Assembly: GCA_964384235.1 (NCBI GenBank)
Contig: CAYLJX010000001.1
Location: 169,110-233,109, forward strand
Length of the DNA: 64,000 nucleotides
Origin: an uncultured Bdellovibrionales bacterium
GTDB lineage: Bacteria > Patescibacteriota > Minisyncoccia > Moranbacterales > UBA1568
Direction of reading: 5' to 3'
This document shows positions 54,515 through 63,991 of this stretch, piece by piece. Positions within the stretch are counted from its first letter, which is position 1. Each line of letters opens with the position of its first letter. Below the pieces are notes generated by a model that saw only the letters and a program-made list of their open reading frames with translations, ran no database searches and was not told the origin of the DNA. The position numbers and the translations under genes are program-made.

Positions 54515-55216
54515 TTAGTGCAATAAATATTTCCCTTTGCTCTGGTCGTGACTAATTCGGCCTTTATCGATCGTCACCACGCGTTTGCCGAGCTTGTCGA
54601 CGATGCCCTTGTTATGCGTGGCGAGGAGGATGGTGGTGCCGAAGGAGTTGATCTCGACGAGGAGCTGGATGATATCGGCCGTCGAGACGGGGTCGAGGTT
54701 GCCGGTCGGTTCGTCGGCGATGATGACTTTGGGGCGATGGATGAGCGCCCGGGCGAGCGAGACGCGCTGCTGCTCCCCTCCCGAGAGCTGCTTGGGGAAG
54801 TGGTGCATCTTGCTCCCGAGGCCGACGATCTCGAGGATTTCCGGGACCTCTTGGTTGATTTCCGCCGAACTCTTGCCGTCGACTTCGAGGGCGTAGGCGA
54901 CGTTCTCAAACGCGGTTTTCTGCGGGAGGAGCTTGAAATCCTGGAAGACGGTACCGATGTTGCGGCGGAAGTATGGGAGGTGCTTGCGATTGATCTTCCC
55001 TAAAGGGCGTTCGTTGAAATACACCTCGCCTTGGGTGGGAACCTCCTCCGCGTAAATGAGTTTGAGGAGAGTCGATTTGCCGACACCCGAGGGGCCGACG
55101 ATGGAAAGAAACTCTCCCGGCATGATGCGGAGATTGATGTCCTCGAGGACGGCGAGGTCCGGACCGAACGTCTTGGAGACGTTTTCGAAACGGATGATGG
55201 GGTTGGTTTCTGGCAT
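54515..55216 (-). CDS. ftsE: Cell-division ABC transporter ATP-binding protein FtsE
   Basis: Walker [10 protein letters not shown], signature LSGGEQQR, Walker [12 protein letters not shown]. Confidence 0.92.
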   Translation of the reverse strand: MPETNPIIRFENVSKTFGPDLAVLEDINLRIMPGEFLSIVGPSGVGKSTLLKLIYAEEVPTQGEVYFNERPLGKINRKHLPYFRRNIGTVFQDFKLLPQKTAFENVAYALEVDGKSSAEINQEVPEILEIVGLGSKMHHFPKQLSGGEQQRVSLARALIHRPKVIIADEPTGNLDPVSTADIIQLLVEINSFGTTILLATHNKGIVDKLGKRVVTIDKGRISHDQSKGKYLLH

Positions 55217-55231
55217 ATTGCTTTTAGAAGA

Positions 55232-56324
55232 CTATGTGGTGTGTTGGTATTTGAGAGTGCTTTCTATGAAAATTTTGAGGTGGCCGTCGAGGACTTTCGT
55301 CGTATCGCTCGTTTCGACATCGGTGCGGTGATCCTTGACCATGGTATAGGGATGGAGGACGTAGGAGCGGATCTGATTCCCCCACTCGGCGCTCTTGACC
55401 TCGCCGCGGAGCCTCCGCTTCTCGGCTTCCTGCTCCTCGAGTTTCTTCTGGATCAGCTTGCCGCGAAGCATCTTCATCGCTTCTTCGCGGTTCTGGAGCT
55501 GTGAGCGCTCGCTCTGGCAGGAGGCGACGAGACCGGTCGGGAGATGGGTGATGCGGACGGCTGATTCGGTCTTGTTGACGTTTTGTCCGCCGGCGCCCTG
55601 GGAACGGTAGGTATCGACACGGAGGTCGTCCGGCTTGATCTCGACGGAACGGTCGTCCTCGATGACCGGCATGACTTCGACGGAGGCGAACGAGGTCTGA
55701 CGGAGACTGTTGGCATTGAAAGGCGAGAGACGTACCAACCGGTGTACTCCGGCCTCACCGCGCAGGTAGCCGTAGGCATAGCGGCCGGAGACCTCGAACG
55801 TCACGCTCTTGATGCCGGCTTCGTTGCCGCGCGACTCGTCGAGGATGTGCGTGGCGAATCCTTCGTGCTCCGCGTAGCGCAGATACATCCGAAGGAGCAT
55901 CTCCGCCCAGTCCTGGGCGTCCACACCTCCGGCACCGGAGCGGATCGTGAGGAGTGCGCTCCCCGCGTCGTATTCCCCGCCGAGAAGCGTCCTGAATTCC
56001 CACTCCCCGATCGCTTGTTCGGCCGCGGCGTATTCCTGCTCCAAGCCGAGTGCGTCTTCGGGGCTCAAGTCTTCCAGGGAAGAGAGTCCTTCCAGGTCGG
56101 TCAAGGTCTTCTCGAGTTCCTGGAAAGAATCCCGTTCGTTCTGGAGCGCTTCGAGTTCCTGCATGACGCGTCCAGCCGACTGCGGATCGTTCCAAAAATC
56201 AGCCTGTTCGCTCCGTGTGCGGAGCTCCTGGATACGGACTTCCTTTCGGGCGAAGTCAAAGATAGTCCTGCAACTGCAGGAGTTTTTGTCGAAGAACCGT
56301 CACTTTTTCTTTCATTCCGTCCAT
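55232..56324 (-). CDS. prfB: Peptide chain release factor 2, with programmed +1 ribosomal frameshift; CDS = join(56324..56259, 56257..55232) on the minus strand
   Basis: Frame-0 segment MDGMKEKVTVLRQKLLQLQDYL ends at shifty site CUU UGA C (56261-56255), preceded by internal SD AGGAC. The +1 frame continues DFARKEVRIQEL...RLSPFNA...GGQ. The track only shows the downstream piece from its first Met (56164). Confidence 0.85.
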
Positions 56325-56392
56325 TGGTTTGGATTATACCATATTTCGCTGCCTTGAAAAAGAAAAACAGGTCATAGAGACCTGTCTCTTTG

Positions 56393-56465
56393 AGCCACCT
56401 GCCAGGATTGAACTGGCGACCTACGCGTTACGAGTGCGTCGCTCTACCAACTGAGCTAAGGTGGC
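56393..56465 (-). tRNA. tRNA-Thr (anticodon CGU)
   Basis: The reverse complement GCCACCTTAGCTCAGTTGGTAGAGCGACGCACTCGTAACGCGTAGGTCGCCAGTTCAATCCTGGCAGGTGGCT folds as a cloverleaf with anticodon loop CUCGUAA. Confidence 0.8.
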
Positions 56466-56540
56466 GTAAAACGTATTTCATCTTACATGAGAAAAGCAAA
56501 AATATCAACCAGCCTTCGTTCCCAGCTTTTCATATCCACC

Positions 56541-56590
56541 TTGACAGGTCTTTCCTCTCTTTGCTACTATACCTATACCATAGGTATAGG
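56541..56590 (+). promoter_or_regulatory. Promoter (TTGACA-18-TACTAT) followed immediately by a perfect 8-3-8 palindrome CCTATACC-ATA-GGTATAGG, a candidate CsoR-family operator
   Basis: TTGACA at 56541-46, TACTAT at 56565-70, palindrome at 56572-56590, ATG at 56615. CsoR/RcnR operators are ATACC..GGTAT-type inverted repeats. Confidence 0.55.
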
Positions 56591-56614
56591 ATATTAAATA
56601 CTGAGTAAGAAAAT

Positions 56615-56890
56615 ATGGAACGAACCCACAAGGAAAAGGTGGCCATCGCCATCAAGAAAGCCGAGAGTCACCTCTCAAAAGTCCGTTCATTGATCGAGGA
56701 AGACGCGTCCTGTTTCGCGATCATGCAGCAGAACCTGGCTGCCATAGGTCTCCTGAAGTCGGTCAATCTCCTTATGTTGGAGGGGCATATCGACCGTGAG
56801 ATAGGCAGGCATGGTGGCCCGGCGTCGAAACAGCTGCAGTCCCTGAAAACGGAGATCCTCAAGGTCGTGAAGACTTCGCAGAACAAGTAA
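56615..56890 (+). CDS. CsoR/RcnR/FrmR-family (DUF156) metal- or aldehyde-responsive transcriptional repressor
   Basis: 91-aa all-helical protein with conserved Cys (EEDASCFAIMQQ) and His (LEGHI) at the family W-X-Y-Z positions; it lacks the second Cys of bona fide Cu-CsoR. Confidence 0.7.
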   Translation: MERTHKEKVAIAIKKAESHLSKVRSLIEEDASCFAIMQQNLAAIGLLKSVNLLMLEGHIDREIGRHGGPASKQLQSLKTEILKVVKTSQNK

Positions 56891-56916
56891 AGGGTAAATA
56901 TTTTCGTCTGAATCGT

Positions 56917-58071
56917 ATGAAGAAGCGCTTTTTTGTCATGGTCGGAATCCTGTTTTTGGTACTTGGCGGAGGTGCGGTCATCGCGCGCTCCGGCAGTGCC
57001 GAAAACGAAGACGTGAAACCGAAAAAGACGGTCAAGGCGGTTCCTGTCTCCCCTGCCCCGTTCCGGTCCGAAGAGACGTTCTCCGGTTTTGTCCGTGGCG
57101 CGAGACAGTCCGTCGTCTCGGCGAAGACAAGCGGATATATTACAAGGCTCCTGAAGGAAGAAGGTGATACGGTCCGTCGGGGAGAAACCATTGCCGTCAT
57201 CGACGGGAGCGATCTCGCGGCTGCTGAAGCGAGCGCGATTGCGGTCTTCGAGTCTGTCAGGGAAACCTCGAAAGAAACGAAGCGCTACTATGAACAAAAA
57301 ATCGAAGAAGCCGAGGCGGCGCTTGAAAGGGCGCGCGATGAGCACGAGGACGGAAACGCGTCGGAAAAGGAGGTCGATCTCGCCGAAGAATCCCTGAAAA
57401 GCGCCAAGCGGCTGCGTGACGCGCAGGTCGCCTCCGCGAAGGCGGAAGAAACAACCGCGAAGGGCGTGGCAGCGATTGCCCGGGAAAACGCAGGCAACAT
57501 CGCGATCAAGGCGCCGTTCGACGGGGTGATCGCTGAGAAGCGGGCTTCTCTCGGGAGTTTTCTTTTCCCTGGTTCGGCTGTCTATGTGGTCGCTTCGGAA
57601 GAGGCGCTCGAAGTGGCTGTGTCGCTTCCCGGCAGTGTCGCCGATGGCGTCGCGAACGGATCCAGGGTCAAGGTATCTTCGGATGGTCTGGGAGATATCG
57701 AAGGACATGTCTTTTCCTTGTCTCAGACAGTCGGAGAGACACAGCGATCGCGTGTGCGTATCCGGTTCGTATCGGATACCGCGAAAGCGCTTCGCCTCGG
57801 TGAACACGTGTCCGTAGTCTTTCCTTACGGTGATGCGCGACAAACGATCTTTATTCCCCAGGAAGCGATCATCAGGACATATGACGACGCGTTCGTATTC
57901 GTCATACGGGACGGACGATCGAAGAAGACAGCCGTCACGCTCGGTGAAAACGTGGACGGCAGACAAGAGATCCTTTCCGGTCTTTCCGAAGGTACGCATG
58001 TCGTCGTCGAGGGCGGACATGGTCTCGACGATGACGAGGAAATAGAAGAACGCTATGAAGAATCACGATAA
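56917..58071 (+). CDS. Efflux RND periplasmic adaptor (HlyD/MFP family)
   Basis: N-terminal TM, coiled-coil hairpin, lipoyl and beta-barrel domains. Confidence 0.8.
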   Translation: MKKRFFVMVGILFLVLGGGAVIARSGSAENEDVKPKKTVKAVPVSPAPFRSEETFSGFVRGARQSVVSAKTSGYITRLLKEEGDTVRRGETIAVIDGSDLAAAEASAIAVFESVRETSKETKRYYEQKIEEAEAALERARDEHEDGNASEKEVDLAEESLKSAKRLRDAQVASAKAEETTAKGVAAIARENAGNIAIKAPFDGVIAEKRASLGSFLFPGSAVYVVASEEALEVAVSLPGSVADGVANGSRVKVSSDGLGDIEGHVFSLSQTVGETQRSRVRIRFVSDTAKALRLGEHVSVVFPYGDARQTIFIPQEAIIRTYDDAFVFVIRDGRSKKTAVTLGENVDGRQEILSGLSEGTHVVVEGGHGLDDDEEIEERYEESR

Positions 58072-61000
58072 GGATACGTCAAATCAGGTGTCGCTCGGTC
58101 TTGCGGGAAAAATCACCCGGGTATTTCTCGTCAACAAGGAGCTCTCGATCCTCTCGATCATCGTGCTCTTCGTCTGGGGCGCGGTCTCGTTTTGGCTTAT
58201 GCCGAAACAGTACAACCCGGAGATCGTCGCTCCGGCCTTCACGATCTCGACGGAATTTCCCGGCGCTTCCGCGGAAGAGGCGTATGAGCTTGTCACTCGT
58301 CCTCTCGAAGACATGATTTCCGAGCTTCCAGGCATCGATGAGATAACGTCGGAAAGTCATCCGGGCGGACGAAGCGTCGTCACGGTCAAATTTCTTGTCG
58401 GATCTGACAGGGAAGATGCGAAAACCACGCTCAATCAGAAACTCCGGGACAATATCGGTCTCAAGCCGGCGGGTGCCGCTGAGCCGACAGTGCAGTCTGT
58501 CGATCCGGATGACGTGCCGATACTCGATATCGGACTCTCGTCGGAAACGCTTTCCGAGAGCTCGCTTCGCAAGCTTGCCTTCGATGTCGCTGACGAGCTG
58601 AAGCGTTCCGAAGGCGTGTCGAAATTCGAGATCAAGGGTGGACGCACCAATCATCTTCAGGTCGAGCTTGACGCGAACAGGCTCTCGGCGCTCGATATGA
58701 CGATCGGAGAGGTGACGCGTGCCATTACCGGACAAAACGACGTCTTCACGTACGACTCGCTGCAAGGCGACGGACGCGACCCTGTCGTGAACATCGTCGG
58801 AAGCGTCCGGGATCGGAAGGAACTTTCGCGGCTTATCATACGAAAAGAAGGTGATATGGCGGTGCGTCTCGGTGACGTGGCGGCCGTCTCGTACGGACCG
58901 GGCGAGATCACTGATTACGTCCGGATAAGGAATCGCGGATCCGTATCCGGACCGGTCGTCCACATCGCGTTCTCGAAACTCAAAGGCACGAATTCGACCG
59001 CGGTCTCGACGGCTGTTCTCGAAAAGCTGGAGGTTCTGAAGGAAGGACTCATCCCGAGCGATGTGACCGTGACGGTCTTGAGCGACGAAGGCAAGACGGC
59101 ACAAGACGAGATCGGCAAGCTTACCTTTGATCTGGTGAAATCGATCGTCATCGTGGGCATCCTCCTGTACGTCTTCCTCGGCGCCAAGAATTCGCTCATT
59201 GCGGCCATATCGATCCCGCTCGTGCTCTTGGCCGTGTTCGGCATGGGACTTCTGGCCGGTGAGACGGTGAACCGCATCACGCTCTTCGCGCTCATTCTCT
59301 CCCTCGGGCTTCTTGTCGATGACGCAATCGTCGTCGTGGAGAACATCGCCCGGTATTTTCGTCTCTATCCCGAAGAAAAGAAGACTGTCCTCATCGTTCG
59401 GGCGGTGGACGAGGTCGGCGGGGCGCTTTCGCTTTCGACCATGACCATGGCGCTGGCGTTTCTTCCTATGGCGTTCGTGACCGGGATGATGGGCCCGTAC
59501 ATGGGACCGATCCCCTTCTTTGTGCCGGCCGCGCTTTTCGCCTCGCTTCTTTTTGCCGTCACTATCAATCCCTTTCTCGCCTCCTTGCTCGTATCCGGCA
59601 AGAAGAGCGATGATGCTTCTTTGGAACGTTCGTATGAGTCGGGAATCTTTTTCCGCATATCGAAACGTGTCGAGACCCGATACGCGGGATATCTTTCCGG
59701 TCTTCTCGCTGACAAGAAGAAGCGCCGGCTGTTTCTCTCCGGCGTCCTTGTGATGCTTGTTTTTTCTCTTGTCCTGCCGATGACGCCGCTCGTCCCATTT
59801 CGTATGCTCCCCAAGGCCGACAAGGACCAGTTCTACGTCTATCTCGATATGCCGGCCGGATCGAGTCTTGGAAAGACCGCTTCAGCCGCCACGGCGCTTG
59901 AGGAAGCGATACTTCGCATGGCTGAGATCGAGTCGGTCGAAAGTTTCGTCGGCGAGTCGCAGGTCATCGATTTCAACGGACTTTTCAAAGGAAGCGCGGC
60001 ACGTACGTACGGGCATCAGGCGACGCTCAAGGCACATCTCACGCCTCATACGGAACGCGATGAGGTTTCCGAAGCGATCGTCGCCCGTCTTCGCGGCGAG
60101 CTTGACGGGTACCTGCAAGAGTATCCCGACGCGACGATTCGCCTCATAGAGGATCCGCCCGGACCCCCGGTGCTCTCAACGTTTCTTCTCAAGGTAAAAG
60201 GGAAAGACGACGTCATGCGGGAACGGATCGCCCAGGATTTTGAAGCAATGATGGGGAGCATCGAGGGCATCGTCGATATCAAGACGACATTACCCGAACG
60301 TGGTCTGGATCTCACGTACCGGGTGGATCGGGACAAGGCAGCAATGCTCGGCATCGCGCCGAGAGATATTGTCTCGACGATCCATACCGCCCTTTCCGGT
60401 TCGACCGTCGGGCTGTATCACGGATCGACCCGGGAGGATATCCGCAAGGCCGAAGCAGAACACGTTGTGGTACGGTTCAGGCAAGAAGACCGAAACGGCG
60501 AAGGCGACCTGTCACGGATCCTGCTTTCCGGCAAGGACGGCACCAGTACCCCACTTTCCGAAGTGATCGTCAAAACGGATGGAGCGGTCGAACCGGCGAT
60601 CCTCTCCGATGGACGCGAGCGCACCACGTATCTCTCGGGTGAGATGGAGGGACGAAGCGTCGTGTATGCCGCTATCGATATCTTTCCGTGGCTGTTCTCA
60701 TACGCGCTGCCTGACGGCACGGGGAAGCTTGTTTCCTGGTCGCCTTTCGGAATGACCTATGAGGACCAGACGACGCACGAACGCTATTCGGTCGGGATCG
60801 GCGGCGAGTGGGAGCTCACCCTCGAGGTGTTCCGTGACCTGGGGATCGCCATGGGACTAGCGATGTTCCTTATCTACTTCGTCCTTGCGGCCAAGACGGA
60901 ATCGCTCTTCGTTCCCCTGCTTATCATGGTCAGTATCCCGCTCTCGCTTATCGGAGTACTTCCGGGTTTCGCTGTCCTGTACGCGCTGAAAGGCACGTAC

Positions 61001-61342
61001 TTCAATGCCACCTCGATGATCGGGGTGATCGCCCTCTCCGGACTTGCGGTCAAGAACGCGGTCATCTATCTCGAATACCTCGAACCGTTGAAACGGGCCG
61101 GCAAACCGATCGAGGAAGCGTTGATCGAGACCGGCCGTATCCGGCTTCTTCCGATCGTTCTTACCTCTCTCGCGGCCATCTTCGGGTCGCTGACCATCGT
61201 GAGTGATCCGGTCTGGGAAGGACTCGCCTGGTCGATCATCTTCGGTCTCGCCGCATCGACGTTTCTGACGCTCATCGTCTTCCCGCTTGCCTACTACCTA
61301 TCCGAACGAAAATCCTGGACTGACAAGAGTCGTCATACGTGA
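58055..61342 (+). CDS. RND-superfamily efflux transporter permease (AcrB/CzcA-like), 1095 aa
   Basis: 12 TM helices with two large periplasmic loops; typical RND motifs (LAAISIPLVLLAVFG.., GLLVDDAIVVVENI). Confidence 0.85.
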   Translation: MKNHDKDTSNQVSLGLAGKITRVFLVNKELSILSIIVLFVWGAVSFWLMPKQYNPEIVAPAFTISTEFPGASAEEAYELVTRPLEDMISELPGIDEITSESHPGGRSVVTVKFLVGSDREDAKTTLNQKLRDNIGLKPAGAAEPTVQSVDPDDVPILDIGLSSETLSESSLRKLAFDVADELKRSEGVSKFEIKGGRTNHLQVELDANRLSALDMTIGEVTRAITGQNDVFTYDSLQGDGRDPVVNIVGSVRDRKELSRLIIRKEGDMAVRLGDVAAVSYGPGEITDYVRIRNRGSVSGPVVHIAFSKLKGTNSTAVSTAVLEKLEVLKEGLIPSDVTVTVLSDEGKTAQDEIGKLTFDLVKSIVIVGILLYVFLGAKNSLIAAISIPLVLLAVFGMGLLAGETVNRITLFALILSLGLLVDDAIVVVENIARYFRLYPEEKKTVLIVRAVDEVGGALSLSTMTMALAFLPMAFVTGMMGPYMGPIPFFVPAALFASLLFAVTINPFLASLLVSGKKSDDASLERSYESGIFFRISKRVETRYAGYLSGLLADKKKRRLFLSGVLVMLVFSLVLPMTPLVPFRMLPKADKDQFYVYLDMPAGSSLGKTASAATALEEAILRMAEIESVESFVGESQVIDFNGLFKGSAARTYGHQATLKAHLTPHTERDEVSEAIVARLRGELDGYLQEYPDATIRLIEDPPGPPVLSTFLLKVKGKDDVMRERIAQDFEAMMGSIEGIVDIKTTLPERGLDLTYRVDRDKAAMLGIAPRDIVSTIHTALSGSTVGLYHGSTREDIRKAEAEHVVVRFRQEDRNGEGDLSRILLSGKDGTSTPLSEVIVKTDGAVEPAILSDGRERTTYLSGEMEGRSVVYAAIDIFPWLFSYALPDGTGKLVSWSPFGMTYEDQTTHERYSVGIGGEWELTLEVFRDLGIAMGLAMFLIYFVLAAKTESLFVPLLIMVSIPLSLIGVLPGFAVLYALKGTYFNATSMIGVIALSGLAVKNAVIYLEYLEPLKRAGKPIEEALIETGRIRLLPIVLTSLAAIFGSLTIVSDPVWEGLAWSIIFGLAASTFLTLIVFPLAYYLSERKSWTDKSRHT

Positions 61343-61357
61343 TCCTCTGGTCAAGCA

Positions 61358-61392
61358 AAAGAAAAATCCGGCCTGATGCCGGATTTTGTCTC
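61358..61392. terminator. Bidirectional Rho-independent terminator between the convergent RND and DsbA genes
   Basis: AAAATCCGGC-CTGAT-GCCGGATTTT with U-tracts on both strands. Confidence 0.8.
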
Positions 61393-61404
61393 AATAAAGA
61401 GGAA

Positions 61405-62424
61405 TTACTCCGCGAGTTCCTTGTCGATCGCGGCTTTGAGCTCGTCTTGGCTGACCGCGCCGGAGAGGAGCGTGTCGTTGACGAAAGTGACCGGTGTGCC
61501 GGAGAGCATGAACGACGCGGCCTCGTTCTTGTCGGCGTTCACTTTCTCCTGATACTTCTTTTCGTCGAGACACTGCGAGAATTTCCGTCCGTCGAGGCGG
61601 AGCATCCAGGCGTAGTTCTTGAACTTCTGCGTGCCGACGGAGTTTCCCCAGTCGTTCTGTCGTCCGAAGAGGGCCGCGGCATACGTCTCGAATTTCCCCT
61701 GCTCGTTGGCACATTCGGAAGCGAGCGCGGCGTTTTCCGCCTGCTTGTTGGAAGCGAGAGGGAACTGTTTGAAGACGAAGAGTACTTTTCCTTCGTACTC
61801 CTTGAGCACCTTGGTGAGGGTCTGCTGATAGGTCTTGCAGTGGGCGCACTGGAAATCGGAGAAGACCGTGAGAGTCACTGCAGCGTCCTTGGGTCCGATG
61901 GTGATGGAATCACTCTCCACTTTCGGGAGTTGGAGATACTTGCCGGCGGTCAGACCGATCTTGGTCATGTCGAGGAAGTAGCGCCCGGATTCCTCCCGGA
62001 AGAGGCTCTGTGCCTGAGCGTAGAAATCCGTTTCCGTGATGCTCTTGGAAAAGACGAAGGCCGGGACGGTCACGATCTGGAAGCGGTTGATGAGGGCCTG
62101 GCCGAGATCGGAGTCGCTCTCTACGCTTACGGCCTCGATGGTCGGAACGATACGGCGAAGCCACACCAGTGCCTCGTTGGGATCGCACTGCTCGCAATCG
62201 GAATCGTTCACGACTTGGAGCGTCACTTTGGGGTCATCGTACGCGACCCACGTCTTGCCGGCAGTTTCCAGAAGGTTGTGTTCCTTCACTGCTTTCCCGG
62301 AGAATCCCTGTCCCGTGGCGAGCTGGACGAAATCGACGAAGAGACTGCCGACAAACAGCCCGACAAGGAGGATGACGAGCGCGGAGAGGTTCTTGGCTTT
62401 CTGGTGTTCGGAAGCGGTTTTCAT
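61405..62424 (-). CDS. Membrane-anchored tandem thioredoxin-fold (DsbA-like) thiol-disulfide oxidoreductase
   Basis: N-terminal TM; two CxxC active sites (CEQC and CAHC) in two DsbA-like domains. The ATG at 62424 is chosen immediately before the TM helix. Confidence 0.7.
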   Translation of the reverse strand: MKTASEHQKAKNLSALVILLVGLFVGSLFVDFVQLATGQGFSGKAVKEHNLLETAGKTWVAYDDPKVTLQVVNDSDCEQCDPNEALVWLRRIVPTIEAVSVESDSDLGQALINRFQIVTVPAFVFSKSITETDFYAQAQSLFREESGRYFLDMTKIGLTAGKYLQLPKVESDSITIGPKDAAVTLTVFSDFQCAHCKTYQQTLTKVLKEYEGKVLFVFKQFPLASNKQAENAALASECANEQGKFETYAAALFGRQNDWGNSVGTQKFKNYAWMLRLDGRKFSQCLDEKKYQEKVNADKNEAASFMLSGTPVTFVNDTLLSGAVSQDELKAAIDKELAE

Positions 62425-62437
62425 AGGGTTGTTGTGG

Positions 62438-62785
62438 TTATTGAGCGCTTGGACTTTTGTCCGTGCAGAGGGGTGCCGTGGGAGGATTCGGCGAGACGGC
62501 GAGCGACCCGCCCTTCGCGAGGATGTCACTCTGGACCTGGTTGAAATCGACGAGGGTCCGGGAATCGGCGAGACGATAGTCCTCGAAGCCGATAGTCAGG
62601 ACGTTGTGGAGGGAAACCTTGAAAGCGATGCCCACGAAGAAGCCGAGGAAAAACAGAAGCGCGATGTCCCTCAGGGTGAAATCGCGCTCCATGAAGCGAA
62701 AAAAGACGTTTTTGGTTTCAAGAAAAAGGCTCCGGAGCCGTTCGGATAGGGTTTCGTGGGAGGAAGACGGAATACCTGTTTCCAT
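62438..62785 (-). CDS. Small membrane protein, unknown function
   Basis: One or two TM helices (IALLFFLGFFVGIAF); start uncertain (62785 or 62692). Confidence 0.35.
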   Translation of the reverse strand: METGIPSSSHETLSERLRSLFLETKNVFFRFMERDFTLRDIALLFFLGFFVGIAFKVSLHNVLTIGFEDYRLADSRTLVDFNQVQSDILAKGGSLAVSPNPPTAPLCTDKSPSAQ

Positions 62786-62873
62786 AGTTGAAACCGGACT
62801 TCCCCTCCCGGAAGCACCTTAAAAAGTCGATACGCTACCGTACCACAGAGCCGGATTTTGCACAAGGTGCCGT

Positions 62874-63212
62874 CTAGAGCTTCTCGATGTTATCCAAAAC
62901 GTCGTCGAGGTCGTCGAGGCTGCGGGAACCGAGGCCGTCGGCTTTGCAGGAAGGATTGTCGAGCTCGGCGCGGACCCGCTCCACGGCCGAGAACGGTCGC
63001 ATGCCGGTGACGATGTTGTCATTGATCGCGATGTTGGGTCCTTGCTTGCAGTTTCCCAGACAGCGCGGCGATTCCATGATAATCGCTTCCTCAGATGTGA
63101 GACCTTCCTGAAGCGCGCGATACACCGCTCCCGCTCCTTTGTCGCGGCAGTTCGGAAAGAGACAGACCTTGATGGTCGCTCTGGAAGGAGTTTTTTCGTC
63201 TTCGTGATCCAT
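62874..63212 (-). CDS. Thioredoxin-like [2Fe-2S] ferredoxin
   Basis: Cys pattern C-x4-C ... C-x3-C (CLFPNC ... CLGNC), typical of Trx-like 2Fe-2S ferredoxins (NuoE/HndA family). Confidence 0.7.
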   Translation of the reverse strand: MDHEDEKTPSRATIKVCLFPNCRDKGAGAVYRALQEGLTSEEAIIMESPRCLGNCKQGPNIAINDNIVTGMRPFSAVERVRAELDNPSCKADGLGSRSLDDLDDVLDNIEKL

Positions 63213-63241
63213 CGTGTTCTGCAGCGGGGGCCGGTTTTTTT

Positions 63242-63991
63242 TTACGTGGTTTTGGGTGTGTCGGTTTGTGGTGAGGCAGGAGCATCGTTCGCGGGCGTTT
63301 TATACGGAGTTGTTTCTGGTGATGTCGTGGTGTCGCTTGTAGATGTATCGGTCGGTACTGTCTCGGAAGCGATCACCGGTGCAGCAACCACTTTCTCTTT
63401 CCCAGTGTTTACGAGCGTCATGAAGAGAAGAATGACGGTGAAGAGAAACGAGACATCCGGAACGACAGAAAAAGAAGTGAGCGTGCTATAGAGAAGCGGC
63501 ACGGTGAGGAGGTAGAGACCGGCCTTGTAGGAGGTGCCATAGCCCCAGTCGGCGCCGCGGATTTTGGCGGCGAGCCAGACGACGAGTGCGCCGAAGAGGA
63601 GATAAAGGGCGTTTCCAATGGCCAATCCGAAGAAGAGGAAGACAGGGATGAGGAAGAGGAGGACGACACCGAAACCCATGAGGAATTTCTCCAGTGCCCC
63701 GATCCACTCGGTGTACTGCGCCTTGTCCACGGTAAACGGAGTCTCAAAAGCTCCGCGCAGGTCCTGGATCTGAATCTTCCCCTTTTCCTCGTCGAGGATA
63801 CCGATGCTGTCCGCGCTCAGGATGATGTTGGTGTTGTACGTGTAGAAGTCCTCGACGTCGATCGGCTTTTCCGTGTCGATGACGAGAAGGTTCCGCTGAT
63901 ACTCCCCCATATAATTCGTCGCGTCTTCCTCGTAGCTCGTCCCTTCCACTCCTTCCGGTATCGGGATGACATACGGACTCTCCATGTTCAT
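63242..63991 (-). CDS. Polytopic membrane protein with Thr/Pro-rich C-terminal tail; may extend beyond the first Met toward the window edge
   Basis: Four predicted TM helices; C-terminal TDTSTSDTTTSPETTPYKTP low-complexity tail. Confidence 0.45.
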   Translation of the reverse strand: MNMESPYVIPIPEGVEGTSYEEDATNYMGEYQRNLLVIDTEKPIDVEDFYTYNTNIILSADSIGILDEEKGKIQIQDLRGAFETPFTVDKAQYTEWIGALEKFLMGFGVVLLFLIPVFLFFGLAIGNALYLLFGALVVWLAAKIRGADWGYGTSYKAGLYLLTVPLLYSTLTSFSVVPDVSFLFTVILLFMTLVNTGKEKVVAAPVIASETVPTDTSTSDTTTSPETTPYKTPANDAPASPQTDTPKTT

